A DNA stretch of 55,627 nt from an uncultured Bacillales bacterium (GCA_945929875.1 CAMEOO010000004.1:1-55627), one strand, 5' to 3'. Positions 1 through 10,054 are shown, counted from the first letter of the stretch. Translations and numbers: made by a program. Notes: generated by a model from the letters alone, not told the origin.

Positions 1-35
1 GGTATCCGTTTGGACAGAATAGCGAGCTGCCGGGC
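1..35 (+). rRNA. rrf: 3' end of 5S rRNA (partial, short Mollicutes/Erysipelotrichia-like form)
   Basis: GC-rich GGTA-TCC-GTTT-GGA-CAGAATAG-CGAGCTGCCGGGC followed by a T-run resembles the short helix IV, the GAAUAG loop E strand and the 3' strand of helix I of 5S rRNA. Only 35 nt are visible. Confidence 0.62.
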
Positions 36-113
36 TTTTTTTTTGCTATGTTTTAATTGATTGTAATCAAAATTTCATTTATATTATTGATGTAAGTCAA
101 AAGGAATATATAT

Positions 114-2498
114 ATGAAAAAACAAGTTTTATTCTTAAGTATAGTTACATTATTAACAATTTGCTCTTGTTCTATTAAGAAACCATCAATTAGTGAATCA
201 AATAGTTCTTTAGAAGAAAATACATCATCTAGTAGTCTTTCTAGCGCTGATGAATCGCTTGGTAATACTTCTAACGAATCAAGTTCAGTTAGTAGTTCAC
301 TTAGCGATGACTCTTTGAATTCATCAAATAATACTTCAAGTAGCAAATCAAGCGAGACAACTAGTAGTTCTTCTAGTGAAGTTACAAGTAGTGAATCAAG
401 TGTCGACTATACTAGTTCTTCAAACATGGTATCTAGTTCGATAACTTCTAGTGAAGATAGTAGTAGTGATATTTCTAGTGTAGATTCTAGTAGTGATTCT
501 AGTTCTTCTAGCGAATCTTCAGAAATTACTGTTTCTACTGAAGAAATTACCTTTAATACTTCATCTGAAAGTTCTGAAATCACTTCTTCTATTTTAAATT
601 TACCAAATACTATGTCTTATGATAGTAGTAGTAAAGTATTTGGAGGAGATAATGCTATTAAATTTGGAGCTTCAAAAGCTAGTGGATCTTTAAAAATTAA
701 TATCAGTTCTTGTAATATTTTATCTATTTCTTTAGTAGGAAAAACTTATAGTACTGACACTGATGTAGGAATAAAAGTTTCTTTATCTAATGGAGAAACT
801 AAAAATGTAGTAGTAAATTCAAGTTTTTCAGAAGAACTTGTTTTTGATGAAACTTCATCTAGTTCAAGTTTTACTATTTCTAACACTGCTTCAAAAAAAA
901 GATTCTACTTGGAAAAGATAGTTTTAAAAGTTATTTATGGAGAAAATAATAATTCAGGTTCATCAGAATATGAAAAGAAAAGTATAAAATATTCTTCCCC
1001 TATTTCTTTAACTAACGGAAATGTTCCTAGTTCAAAAGTAAATAGTGAAGGATATTATCAACCAACGGTAAATAGTGAATTGAATATTGATAATTATAGT
1101 TACTATTACTCTGATGTTTACTTCCCAAGTACTGGTAAAAATAAACTTTTAGTGGTTCCAGTAGATTTTACGGATTATAAAGCAGAATCTAAACTAGGTG
1201 GAGAAGATAACTCGCAAAAAGAAATTTACAATTGCTTTTTTGGCGATAGTAAAGATACTGGATGGGAGTCGGTAAGATCTTATTATGAAAAATCTTCATA
1301 TGGTTCATTAATTATCGAAGGCGAAGTTACTCCTTGGTATCATTCTTCTTATTCGACAAAAGCGTTTTGTCAAAAAGTCTATTCAGGTAGTAATCATGAG
1401 TATAGTTCTTATTACGATCCTACCTGGGACATGCTTGATGAAGTGACTTCATGGGCTAAGAACACTTTAAAAATTGATTTATCTGAGTATGATTCAAATA
1501 ATGATGGATTAATCGATGGAGTATGGATGGTATATAGTTGTCCTTATGAATATTTAGATGAAAATGTTGATGAAAATGGTGTTTATTGGGCATATACCTA
1601 TGGTAATTATGATAATTTGAATAGTTCAACTAATAATATAAAAGGATTTAAATACTCTTGGGCATCATATTCTTTTATGAATGATGGTGGATATGGAAAG
1701 GTAGACGCACATACTTATATTCATGAAACTGGTCATATGTTAGGCCTTGATGATTATTATAATTACGATAATCCTACTACTGAAGGAGTGTGTGGAGGAG
1801 TAGATATGATGGATTATAATATCGGAGATCATGGAGCTTATTCTAAATATCTTCTAAACTGGACTACTCCTTATGTGATTGATGGAACTAAAGAAAGTGT
1901 TACTATTAATCTCAAACCATTTGAATCTAGCGGAGATTTTATTCTTCTTTCTTCAAATTTTAATGACAGTCCTTTTGATGAGTACATTACCATTGAATAT
2001 TACACTCCTACTGGCCTAAACCAAAAAGATACAACCGGATATTGCGATGGGCTCAATACTTACACTGATAGTGGAATTAAGATTAATCATATCGATTCAA
2101 GAATATTACAAGATGCTTATGACAAGTATGGCAATTATTTATCCTCTCAATATGTAGATAGTTTTGTTGATTCTTCTTATTACGAATATTATATTGGGGC
2201 AAATAATACACCTTCTTATTCAGTAGATACAGAAAATGATGAAAATAGTCCATATCGATTAATTCAATTGATAGAAGCCACGAATAAAATGACTTTTAAA
2301 GATAATGATGAATATTCAATGAATTATGGAACAAATGAAGTCTTATTCCATTCTGGTGATAGCTTTTCAATGAATCAATATAATAAATTCTTTACAAATG
2401 GTTCTAAACTTAATAGTGGAGATTCTCTTCCTTATGAAGTAATAGTCGGTGAAATTAATCAAGATGGATCTATCTCTATTACCATTAATAAAATTTAA
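114..2498 (+). CDS. Lipoprotein M6-family (immune inhibitor A-like) zinc metalloprotease with Ser-rich N-terminal stalk
   Basis: Lipoprotein-type signal ending LLTICSC; about 130-aa Ser/Glu/Thr-rich region; LLVVPVDFTD, SVRSYYEKSSYG, YDSNNDGLIDG; zinc motif HETGHMLGLDDYY (HExxHxxGxxD); Met-turn DMMDYN. Confidence 0.88.
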   Translation: MKKQVLFLSIVTLLTICSCSIKKPSISESNSSLEENTSSSSLSSADESLGNTSNESSSVSSSLSDDSLNSSNNTSSSKSSETTSSSSSEVTSSESSVDYTSSSNMVSSSITSSEDSSSDISSVDSSSDSSSSSESSEITVSTEEITFNTSSESSEITSSILNLPNTMSYDSSSKVFGGDNAIKFGASKASGSLKINISSCNILSISLVGKTYSTDTDVGIKVSLSNGETKNVVVNSSFSEELVFDETSSSSSFTISNTASKKRFYLEKIVLKVIYGENNNSGSSEYEKKSIKYSSPISLTNGNVPSSKVNSEGYYQPTVNSELNIDNYSYYYSDVYFPSTGKNKLLVVPVDFTDYKAESKLGGEDNSQKEIYNCFFGDSKDTGWESVRSYYEKSSYGSLIIEGEVTPWYHSSYSTKAFCQKVYSGSNHEYSSYYDPTWDMLDEVTSWAKNTLKIDLSEYDSNNDGLIDGVWMVYSCPYEYLDENVDENGVYWAYTYGNYDNLNSSTNNIKGFKYSWASYSFMNDGGYGKVDAHTYIHETGHMLGLDDYYNYDNPTTEGVCGGVDMMDYNIGDHGAYSKYLLNWTTPYVIDGTKESVTINLKPFESSGDFILLSSNFNDSPFDEYITIEYYTPTGLNQKDTTGYCDGLNTYTDSGIKINHIDSRILQDAYDKYGNYLSSQYVDSFVDSSYYEYYIGANNTPSYSVDTENDENSPYRLIQLIEATNKMTFKDNDEYSMNYGTNEVLFHSGDSFSMNQYNKFFTNGSKLNSGDSLPYEVIVGEINQDGSISITINKI

Positions 2499-2530
2499 TT
2501 ATTAATTAATAAGCAATATAAAAAATGTGA

Positions 2531-2572
2531 AAAATAACCTAGTAGATAAATGCTTTTACTAGGCTATTTTTT
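2531..2572 (+). terminator. Hairpin/intrinsic terminator after the M6 protease
   Basis: AAAATAACCTAGTA...TACTAGGCTATTTTTT inverted repeat followed by a T-run. Confidence 0.65.
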
Positions 2573-2657
2573 ATGGATTTTTACTTTATTTGACTATTAA
2601 TCATATTGTAAATATGATACAATAATCACACCTGTAGCAACTATAGGAGGTTTTGGT

Positions 2658-3014
2658 ATGGATATAGATAAAAAAACTAAATTCGGCACTATCAATATTA
2701 CTAGCGATGCAATCGCTCAAGTAGCGGGTAATGCAGCAAGCCAATGCTATGGAGTAGTAGGCATGGCTCAAAAGAAATCTATTCGTAACGAAATTAATGA
2801 ATTATTAAAAAATGATAGCTTCAATAAAGGAGTTTTTGTCAATAAGAGAAAAGATTCTATTGAAGTAGATTTATATATCGTAGTTGGATATGGACTTAGA
2901 ATCACAGAAATTGCTTCGGAAGTTCAAAAGAAAGTAAAGTTCGATTTAGAGCGTACTTTTAATATTAGCTTTTCCGCAATTAATGTGTATGTCCAAGGAG
3001 TAAAGAGCCTATAG
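2658..3014 (+). CDS. yloU: Asp23/Gls24 family protein (YloU-like)
   Basis: GTINITSDAIAQVAG..CYGVVGM, VDLYIVVGYG, INVYVQGV; SD AGGAGG; directly upstream of the DAK2 gene. Confidence 0.92.
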   Translation: MDIDKKTKFGTINITSDAIAQVAGNAASQCYGVVGMAQKKSIRNEINELLKNDSFNKGVFVNKRKDSIEVDLYIVVGYGLRITEIASEVQKKVKFDLERTFNISFSAINVYVQGVKSL

Positions 3015-3037
3015 ACTCTAAGAAAGAGGACCAAGTA

Positions 3038-4687
3038 ATGAAATTTATCGACGGAAATATGCTCAAGCAGATGATTATCAGTGGAGCAAATAATTTATTT
3101 AATCACTATCCAGAAGTGGATGCACTTAACGTTTTCCCAGTACCTGATGGAGATACTGGTATCAATATGAACTTAACAATTTCAAGTGGAGCCAAGGAAG
3201 TTCAAAATCGAACTGATACCGATGTTTATGAAATTGCTAAAGCTTTCTCTAAAGGTTTATTAATGGGAGCAAGAGGAAATTCAGGAGTTATCCTTAGTCA
3301 AATATTTAGAGGGTTTGCTCAAGCCTTAGAAGGCGCAAAAGTTATTTCTCCTATTCTACTTGCCGATGCATTTGTAAATGGCAAAGAAGTAGCTTATAAA
3401 GCAGTAATGAGACCAGTTGAAGGGACAATATTAACTGTTATTAGAGAAGCAAGTGAAGCTTTAAAACAAAAAGTTACTAGTTCAACAAGCATTGAAAAAG
3501 CATTTGATATTTTAATCAAAGAAGCTAATGAGTCACTAGAAAGAACACCAGAATTATTACCAATTCTTAAGGAAGTAGGAGTAGTAGATTCAGGAGGAGC
3601 AGGACTTTTAAAAATATTAGAAGGTTTTAACAGCGCCATTCATGGAAAAGTTGTTGAAAAGAGTATGGCTACTGTTACTGAAGATCAACCTCAACAAAAA
3701 GCAGGTTCAAAGATTGAAGGAGATGAATTTGGCTACTGTACTGAATTTATCTTAAGATTACCAGAAAATCCAACGATGGCAGGAAAGAAATTCTTCGTGG
3801 AAAAAAGATTTACTTCAGTTTTAGCTTCTCATGGAAATTCTCTTGTAGTAGTAAGAGATGACGACATTGTTAAAGTTCACGTCCACACTTTAATGCCAGG
3901 CAATATTTTAGTCTACGCTCAACAATTTGGTGAATTTGTAAAACTTAAAATTGAGAATATGTCTGAACAACATACAAAACTTCAAGAAGAAAATAAAGAT
4001 CCTTTGAATTCTAAAAAAGAAATGAAGGAATATGCTTTAATTTCTGTTTCTGTTGGTGAAGGAGTCAATAAGATGTTTGAAGAACTTCACGTTGATCAAA
4101 TCGTTTCAGGTGGACAAACTATGAATCCTTCGACAGAAGATTTTGTTGAAGCAATCAAAAAATGTAACGCAAAGAAGATTTTCATCTTCCCAAATAACTC
4201 TAATATCATTATGGCGGCTTCTCAAGCTTGTGACGTTGCTCCTGAAGGAGTTGAATGTAAAGTTATTCCAACAAAAACTATCCCTCAAGGACTTACCGGT
4301 TGCATGATGTTTAATCCTGAAGCTGATTTTGAAGAAAACGAAGAAGAAATGAATGAAGCGATTAAAAACGTTAAATCTGGGCAAGTTACCTTTGCAATTA
4401 GAGATACAGTAATCGATGATGTCGAAGTTAAAAAAAATCAATTCATCGCTCTATTTGGTAAAAAAATCGTTTCTTGCGATTCAAATAAACTTACAGTAAC
4501 AATGAAAATGCTTGATGAAATGATTGATGAAACTAGTTCAATTATTACTCTCATTTGCGGAGAGGATGCTAGTGAAGAAGAGGTTGAGGAACTAACTCAA
4601 ATGATTCAAGAAAAATTTGATGAAGTTGATTTAGATGTAAGAAGAGGAAATCAACCTGTTTATTCATTTATCATCGGAGTAGATTAA
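3038..4687 (+). CDS. fakA: DAK2-domain fatty acid kinase subunit A (YloV/FakA)
   Basis: LNVFPVPDGDTGINM, GARGNSGVILSQ, GVVDSGGAG, YCTEF, KVHVHT, GGQTMNPS. Confidence 0.95.
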   Translation: MKFIDGNMLKQMIISGANNLFNHYPEVDALNVFPVPDGDTGINMNLTISSGAKEVQNRTDTDVYEIAKAFSKGLLMGARGNSGVILSQIFRGFAQALEGAKVISPILLADAFVNGKEVAYKAVMRPVEGTILTVIREASEALKQKVTSSTSIEKAFDILIKEANESLERTPELLPILKEVGVVDSGGAGLLKILEGFNSAIHGKVVEKSMATVTEDQPQQKAGSKIEGDEFGYCTEFILRLPENPTMAGKKFFVEKRFTSVLASHGNSLVVVRDDDIVKVHVHTLMPGNILVYAQQFGEFVKLKIENMSEQHTKLQEENKDPLNSKKEMKEYALISVSVGEGVNKMFEELHVDQIVSGGQTMNPSTEDFVEAIKKCNAKKIFIFPNNSNIIMAASQACDVAPEGVECKVIPTKTIPQGLTGCMMFNPEADFEENEEEMNEAIKNVKSGQVTFAIRDTVIDDVEVKKNQFIALFGKKIVSCDSNKLTVTMKMLDEMIDETSSIITLICGEDASEEEVEELTQMIQEKFDEVDLDVRRGNQPVYSFIIGVD

Positions 4688-4691
4688 AATT

Positions 4692-4711
4692 AAGGGCGAT
4701 GCCCTTTTTTT
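4692..4711 (+). terminator. Intrinsic terminator after fakA
   Basis: AAGGGC-GAT-GCCCTT followed by a T-run. Confidence 0.75.
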
Positions 4712-4735
4712 AAATAAGAAAAAAGAAAGAAAAAT

Positions 4736-6736
4736 ATGAGACTACTAACTTCATCTACAAATTTAATTGAAGATTTAAAGAAAATTAACATCTATCGTAG
4801 TGAAGATCTAATTGAGTATCTTCCTTATCGATACGATTCTTTTTACTATACTGATGAAGATGAACTACTAGATAAGATGAGAGTGGTGGTTTTAGGAAAG
4901 CTTGTTTCTAATCCAAGGAGCTCTAGCAAAGGAAAGTTAAATACAATCACCTTTCATTTTGTCTCAAATAAAGGAAAGTTTTATTCTTGTATAGTTTTTA
5001 ATAGACCTTATTTAATGGGTATTCTTGATTTAGATAGCGAGTTTACTATTGTAGGGACATTTTGTTTATCAAATCATCAAATTAATGTTTCTTCTCTAAA
5101 AAAAGGAAAGATCGATTCAGTTAATGCTTTAAAACCAATTTATCATCTACCAAGTAGTGTAAGTCAAAGCACCTATTTAAATTTAGTGAAGAGAACATTT
5201 GAAAGAATTGATGAATTAGTAGGTGAAGTAATTCCTAGTTATCTAAAGGATAAATATCATCTTTTATCGCATAAAGAAGCTATAAAAATGGTCCATTTTC
5301 CTTTAAAAAGTGAAGATATATCTAAAGGATTAAGGACTTTAAAATTTGAGGAATGTTTAGAATACTGTTTTAAAAATAGAATAATTAGGCAGCAAAATAA
5401 AAAGTTAGTAAAGGTTGTAAATAAAGAAATTGATACAAAATTAATTAATCAGTTTATTTTAAACTTAGAGTATAAATTAACTAGAGACCAAATTATAGCA
5501 ATTAGAGAAATTGTATTAGATTTAAAAGATAAATCAGTGATGTATCGTCTTCTTCAAGGAGATGTAGGAACTGGTAAAACTATAGTAGGAATAATAACCT
5601 TGTATGCAAATTATTTAAGAGGGAAACAAGGGGTTTTACTTGCTCCAACTGATTCACTTGCTAGGCAACACTATGAAAATGTAAACAAAGAGTTGAGTAA
5701 ATATAATATTAAAACTTGCCTTTTGATTGGAGATATGAAACAAAAAGAAAAACAAGAGATTAAATCTTTAATTTCTGAAGGTAAAATTGATGTTATCGTG
5801 GGAACTCACGCAGTATTTTCTGAAAGTGTTAATTATTCTTCTTTAGGTCTAGCTATCATCGATGAGCAACATCGATTTGGAGTCAACCAAAGAAATATGT
5901 TAGCGAGTAAAGGTGATGATGTAGATTTACTACTAATGAGTGCAACTCCAATTCCAAGAACCTTAGCCTTATCAATCTATGGAGATTTAGATGTTTCTTC
6001 TTTAACTATGTATCCTAGTGCAAGAAGAGAAGTAATTACTAAAGTGGTTGATTTTGATTCAGAAAAGATTCTTTCTCTTCTTCAATATGGAATAGAAAAT
6101 AATCGTCAAGTTTTTGTAGTTTGCCCAAAAATTAGTTGTGGTGAACAAAAATCTTCTGAGGAGATATATGACAAATTTAAGCCATTATTTCAAGAAAAAA
6201 TAGCGCTTTTGCATGGGAAAATGCCAAATGAAGTGAAGATAGAAATTCTAGATAAATTTAAGAAAAATGAGATTTCAATTTTAGTTTCTACCACGATAGT
6301 TGAACTAGGGATAGATATTAAAAATGCCTGTGGGATGATTATTTATTCGGCTAATAGTTTTGGCTTAAGCTCTCTTCATCAGTTAAGAGGAAGAGTAGGA
6401 AGAGATGGTCAAAAAGCCTATTGCCTTCTTGTAGATCACTTTGATGAAGAAAAAGAAGGAGAAAGGCTTAAATTTTTAGAAACATGTTCAAATGGGCTTG
6501 AAATCGCCGAAGAAGATATGAAAAGAAGAGGACCAGGTGATTTTATTGGAATTCAACAAAGTGGATTTCCTTCATTTAATTCATTAAATATCGTCAGTGA
6601 TTTTAAGATGTTTGAAGTGGCTAGAAGTGAAGTTTCCTATATGTTTACTAATCTATTAGAACCTAGTGTAAATAAGTACTATTACTATTGTATAAACAAA
6701 ATTAAGAAAGATGAAGTTGTTACTTTACTAGATTAG
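4736..6736 (+). CDS. recG: ATP-dependent DNA helicase RecG
   Basis: LLQGDVGTGKT, IIDEQHRFGV, MSATPIPRTL, HQLRGRVGR, RGPGDFIGIQQSG. Confidence 0.97.
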   Translation: MRLLTSSTNLIEDLKKINIYRSEDLIEYLPYRYDSFYYTDEDELLDKMRVVVLGKLVSNPRSSSKGKLNTITFHFVSNKGKFYSCIVFNRPYLMGILDLDSEFTIVGTFCLSNHQINVSSLKKGKIDSVNALKPIYHLPSSVSQSTYLNLVKRTFERIDELVGEVIPSYLKDKYHLLSHKEAIKMVHFPLKSEDISKGLRTLKFEECLEYCFKNRIIRQQNKKLVKVVNKEIDTKLINQFILNLEYKLTRDQIIAIREIVLDLKDKSVMYRLLQGDVGTGKTIVGIITLYANYLRGKQGVLLAPTDSLARQHYENVNKELSKYNIKTCLLIGDMKQKEKQEIKSLISEGKIDVIVGTHAVFSESVNYSSLGLAIIDEQHRFGVNQRNMLASKGDDVDLLLMSATPIPRTLALSIYGDLDVSSLTMYPSARREVITKVVDFDSEKILSLLQYGIENNRQVFVVCPKISCGEQKSSEEIYDKFKPLFQEKIALLHGKMPNEVKIEILDKFKKNEISILVSTTIVELGIDIKNACGMIIYSANSFGLSSLHQLRGRVGRDGQKAYCLLVDHFDEEKEGERLKFLETCSNGLEIAEEDMKRRGPGDFIGIQQSGFPSFNSLNIVSDFKMFEVARSEVSYMFTNLLEPSVNKYYYYCINKIKKDEVVTLLD

Positions 6737-6817
6737 TGATTTTAAATATGAATATTTATTTTATAAATATTAATTACTATGATATAATTACAAATAAATT
6801 AAAGGAGAAAAGATTTT

Positions 6818-7804
6818 ATGTATACTATCGCGGTTGATTGTATGGGCTCAGATAATGGGCCAAAAGTATGTGTTGAAGCAATAAAAATATTTTTAAATAG
6901 ACATAGCGACGTAAGAGTTGTAGCTTTTGGAAGAGAAGAAGATTTAAAAGATTTAAAAAACGTTAATAATGTCGAAGTGGTTCATTGTGAAGATGTTATG
7001 GAAATGACAGCGGGTTCTCTCGAAGCGATGAGAAAAAGAAAATCTTCGATGTATCAAGCGATTGTCTCCACAAAAGAAAATGAATACGATGGAGTAATTT
7101 CTGCTGGATCTACAGGGGCTTTTTTAACTTTAGCTAGCGTTAAATTGAAAACCATTGAAGGAGTAGATCGCGCGGCTTTAGTCACCGCTTTACCAAGCTA
7201 TGATGGAAAGCAAGTTACCGTTCTTGACGTTGGGGCTAATGTTGAAACGACTGGTGAGCAATTAGTTCAATTTGCTAAGATGGGAAGATTATATTCTCAA
7301 AAAGTTTTAGGAGTAAAGGAACCTAAAGTTTGCTTATTAAGTAATGGCGCTGAAGATGAAAAAGGAAGTCACGATGTAAAAGAAGCAAATAAATTATTAA
7401 GAGAAATGAATTTTCCAGGCTTTATCGGAAATGTTGAAGGAAGAGAAGTCCCAAAAGGAGTATGCGATGTACTAGTAACTGGCGGATATGCAGGAAATAT
7501 CTTCTTAAAGACATATGAAGGTGTGGCAAAAATGATGTCGAAAATGATTAAAGATGCGTTTATGACAAACACCTCAAGTAAAATTGGGTATCTGTTCGCT
7601 AAAAAGGGATTTAATGAATTAAAAGAAAAGTTAAATTATGAAAAAGTAGGTGGAGCGATGCTAATTGGTGTCAATGGCGTTGCAGTTAAAGCGCATGGCT
7701 CTTCTTCAGCCTATTCTTTTTCTCAAGCGATGGAAGTATGTTTTAATATGATAAATGAAAAAGTGTTAGATCTCATTAAAGAAGGAGTAAAAGAAAATGC
7801 CTAA
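6818..7804 (+). CDS. plsX: Phosphate acyltransferase PlsX
   Basis: IAVDCMGSDNGP, SAGSTGA, LDVGAN, GNVEGR, VKAHGSS. Confidence 0.96.
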   Translation: MYTIAVDCMGSDNGPKVCVEAIKIFLNRHSDVRVVAFGREEDLKDLKNVNNVEVVHCEDVMEMTAGSLEAMRKRKSSMYQAIVSTKENEYDGVISAGSTGAFLTLASVKLKTIEGVDRAALVTALPSYDGKQVTVLDVGANVETTGEQLVQFAKMGRLYSQKVLGVKEPKVCLLSNGAEDEKGSHDVKEANKLLREMNFPGFIGNVEGREVPKGVCDVLVTGGYAGNIFLKTYEGVAKMMSKMIKDAFMTNTSSKIGYLFAKKGFNELKEKLNYEKVGGAMLIGVNGVAVKAHGSSSAYSFSQAMEVCFNMINEKVLDLIKEGVKENA

Positions 7805-8480
7805 ATTTTTAGAGGTATTAAAAAAATTTGATATTACCCCTAAGGATGTAAGCCTTTTTGAACATGCTTTTTCTCATTCTTCTTTTGTTAATGAAAAGCG
7901 TGGAAACTATGTTGACTATGAAAGAATTGAATTTATTGGTGATGGAGTATTAGATCTTATCGTTGCTGATTTAATATATAAAAACCATCCTAAAATGGAT
8001 CAAGGATTGATGTCTAAACTTAGATCTGCTTTAGTAAGAAGAGAATCTTTAGCAAATTATGCTAGAAGATTTGGCTTTGGTGAAGCGATATTTCTAGGCC
8101 ATGGCGAAAAAAATAATGGCGGAAGCAATTTAGATAAAATTTTAGAAGATGTCTTTGAATCTTTTATCGGGGCTATCTATCTTGATCAAGGATTTGATAC
8201 AGTCTATCAAATAGTAAAAACTATTTTTGAATATGATGTGATTCACTATTCTTTAGAAGAAGTAACTGATTATAAATCAAGGCTTCAAGAATACGTTCAA
8301 GCGGACACGAGAGAAAGCGTGACTTATCGAGTAATTAAAGAAGAGGGATCTTCGCAAGATAAGCATTTTACAGTAGAAGTTCTTTGGGATGGTAACGTCT
8401 GGGGAAGAGGAACTGGTTCTAATAAGAAAAAAGCTGAGCAAAATGCTGCGAAAGATGCTTTAAGTAAGGTGGCGAGATAA
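7797..8480 (+). CDS. rnc: Ribonuclease III
   Basis: ERIEFIGDGVL signature, EDVFESFIGAIYLDQG, C-terminal dsRBD (DYKSRLQE...KKKAEQNAA). Confidence 0.97.
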   Translation: MPKFLEVLKKFDITPKDVSLFEHAFSHSSFVNEKRGNYVDYERIEFIGDGVLDLIVADLIYKNHPKMDQGLMSKLRSALVRRESLANYARRFGFGEAIFLGHGEKNNGGSNLDKILEDVFESFIGAIYLDQGFDTVYQIVKTIFEYDVIHYSLEEVTDYKSRLQEYVQADTRESVTYRVIKEEGSSQDKHFTVEVLWDGNVWGRGTGSNKKKAEQNAAKDALSKVAR

Positions 8481-8482
8481 AT

Positions 8483-9466
8483 ATGGGATTAATATCTTTT
8501 TTAAAAGAAAAGTTTTCTAAAAAAGAAAATAAGAATGAAAAATATGTTACTGGTCTTGATAAATCAAGAAAGAACTTTTCTTCTAAGCTTAATTTATTAA
8601 CAAAAAAATATTCTAAAGTAAATGATGATTATTTTGATGAATTAGAGCAAATCTTAATTGAAGCGGATGTTGGAGTTAATTTAGCTTTAGAAATTGTCGA
8701 AGCTACTAAAAATGAAACTGATGAAAAGAAGATTACTGATCCAAGTCAAATTAATGAACTTCTCGTTGATAAAATGTTTATTAGTTACGCCCAACAAGGA
8801 GAAAATATCATCAATGAAATATCTTTTCAAAAGGATGGACCAACCGTTCTTTTAGTTGTTGGAGTAAATGGGGTAGGAAAAACTACCACGATTGCTAAAC
8901 TTGCCTACCGCTATAAAAAGCAAGGTAAAAAGATTCTTCTTGTCGCAGGTGATACCTTTAGAGCCGGTGCAACTGAGCAACTTACCATCTGGGCTGAAAG
9001 ACTAGGTGTTGATATTGTAAAAGGAAAAGAAAATCAAGATCCAGCCTCAGTATGTTATGATGGTATGAGAAAAGCTAAAGAAGGTAATTTTGATCTAGTG
9101 ATTTGTGATACCGCGGGAAGACTTCAAAATAAATTAAATTTAATGCAAGAACTTTCTAAAATGAAAAAAGTCATCTCTAAAGAGATTCCAAGTGCTCCTC
9201 ATGAAATATTTTTAATAATTGACGCTACAACTGGACAAAATGGAGTTGTACAGGCTAAAGCTTTTAAAGAATGTACTTCTTTAACTGGAGTCATTATCAC
9301 AAAGATGGATGGAACAAGTAAAGGTGGTATAATTCTTGCAATTAGAGATGAGCTTGGTATTCCGGTTAGATTTATTGGTCTTGGCGAAAAAATGGATGAT
9401 TTACAAGAATTTGATTTAGACCAGTATCTATATGGATTATGTTTAGGAAATAAGGAGGATGAATAG
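8483..9466 (+). CDS. ftsY: SRP receptor FtsY
   Basis: GVNGVGKTTT, DTFRAGA, DTAGRLQ, TKMDGTSKGG. Confidence 0.97.
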   Translation: MGLISFLKEKFSKKENKNEKYVTGLDKSRKNFSSKLNLLTKKYSKVNDDYFDELEQILIEADVGVNLALEIVEATKNETDEKKITDPSQINELLVDKMFISYAQQGENIINEISFQKDGPTVLLVVGVNGVGKTTTIAKLAYRYKKQGKKILLVAGDTFRAGATEQLTIWAERLGVDIVKGKENQDPASVCYDGMRKAKEGNFDLVICDTAGRLQNKLNLMQELSKMKKVISKEIPSAPHEIFLIIDATTGQNGVVQAKAFKECTSLTGVIITKMDGTSKGGIILAIRDELGIPVRFIGLGEKMDDLQEFDLDQYLYGLCLGNKEDE

Positions 9467-9725
9467 TATGGGCTTTTTTGTATCACTTTTAATAATTATC
9501 GCAATTCAAACAATTATTTCGGTAGTGCTTAAGTTTTTTGGAGTTCCTTCTCTTTATGTAGAGATGGTTATTAACTTTGTTTTAGCTTTCGTCTTCTCAT
9601 TTTGGAATTATATTAGAATCAAACCAAAAAAAGAGATTATCAAAGATATATCATTCCATGTCAATGTATGCATTTGGTTTGCAGTATTAACAGGCATTAG
9701 TTGTCTAGGCTACATGTTGTATTAG
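9459..9725 (+). CDS. Small 3-TM membrane protein of unknown function
   Basis: 88-aa hydrophobic ORF overlapping the ftsY stop, 4 nt before ylxM; strong SD TAAGGAGG suggests the real start may be ATG 9468. Confidence 0.75.
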   Translation: MNSMGFFVSLLIIIAIQTIISVVLKFFGVPSLYVEMVINFVLAFVFSFWNYIRIKPKKEIIKDISFHVNVCIWFAVLTGISCLGYMLY

Positions 9726-9729
9726 TATT

Positions 9730-10053
9730 ATGGAAGAATTAGAAAAGAGTATTAAAGTTAATAAACTAATTGACTTTTATGGCGATTTATTAACTTCCCA
9801 CCAAAGAGAAATACTATCTCTATATTATCAAATGGATTTATCTTTATCTGAAATATCAGAGCAATTAGAAATTTCTCGAAATGGAGTTTACGATGCGTTA
9901 AAAAAAGGAGTAAATTTATTACAAAAATATGAGGAAAAACTTCATCTAGTTAGTAAAGATGAAGAATTAGAAGAATTTTTATTAAAATTGAAAGAAAATG
10001 CTTCTAAAGAAGAAATAGAATTAATAGATAAAATTGAAAGTAAGGTGAGATAA
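9730..10053 (+). CDS. ylxM: YlxM/UPF0122 HTH protein (SRP-associated)
   Basis: DFYGDLLTSHQ..YYQMDLSLSEI..ISRNGVYD..YEEKL; immediately upstream of ffh. Confidence 0.93.
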   Translation: MEELEKSIKVNKLIDFYGDLLTSHQREILSLYYQMDLSLSEISEQLEISRNGVYDALKKGVNLLQKYEEKLHLVSKDEELEEFLLKLKENASKEEIELIDKIESKVR

Positions 10054-10054
10054 T

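Noticed and set aside
1-35. RNase P RNA or SRP RNA 3' end
   Set aside because: ACAGAA is present but the following CGGCTTA/TGGCTTA of RNase P is not, and there is no SRP GGAA loop motif; 5S rRNA fits better.
53-346. Antisense and nested ORFs in the track (53-346, 3394-3639, 4106-4441, 9199-9486, 21601-21897, 24482-24743, 26506-26856 and similar)
   Set aside because: They are shadows of well-supported genes, with no SD or recognisable motifs.
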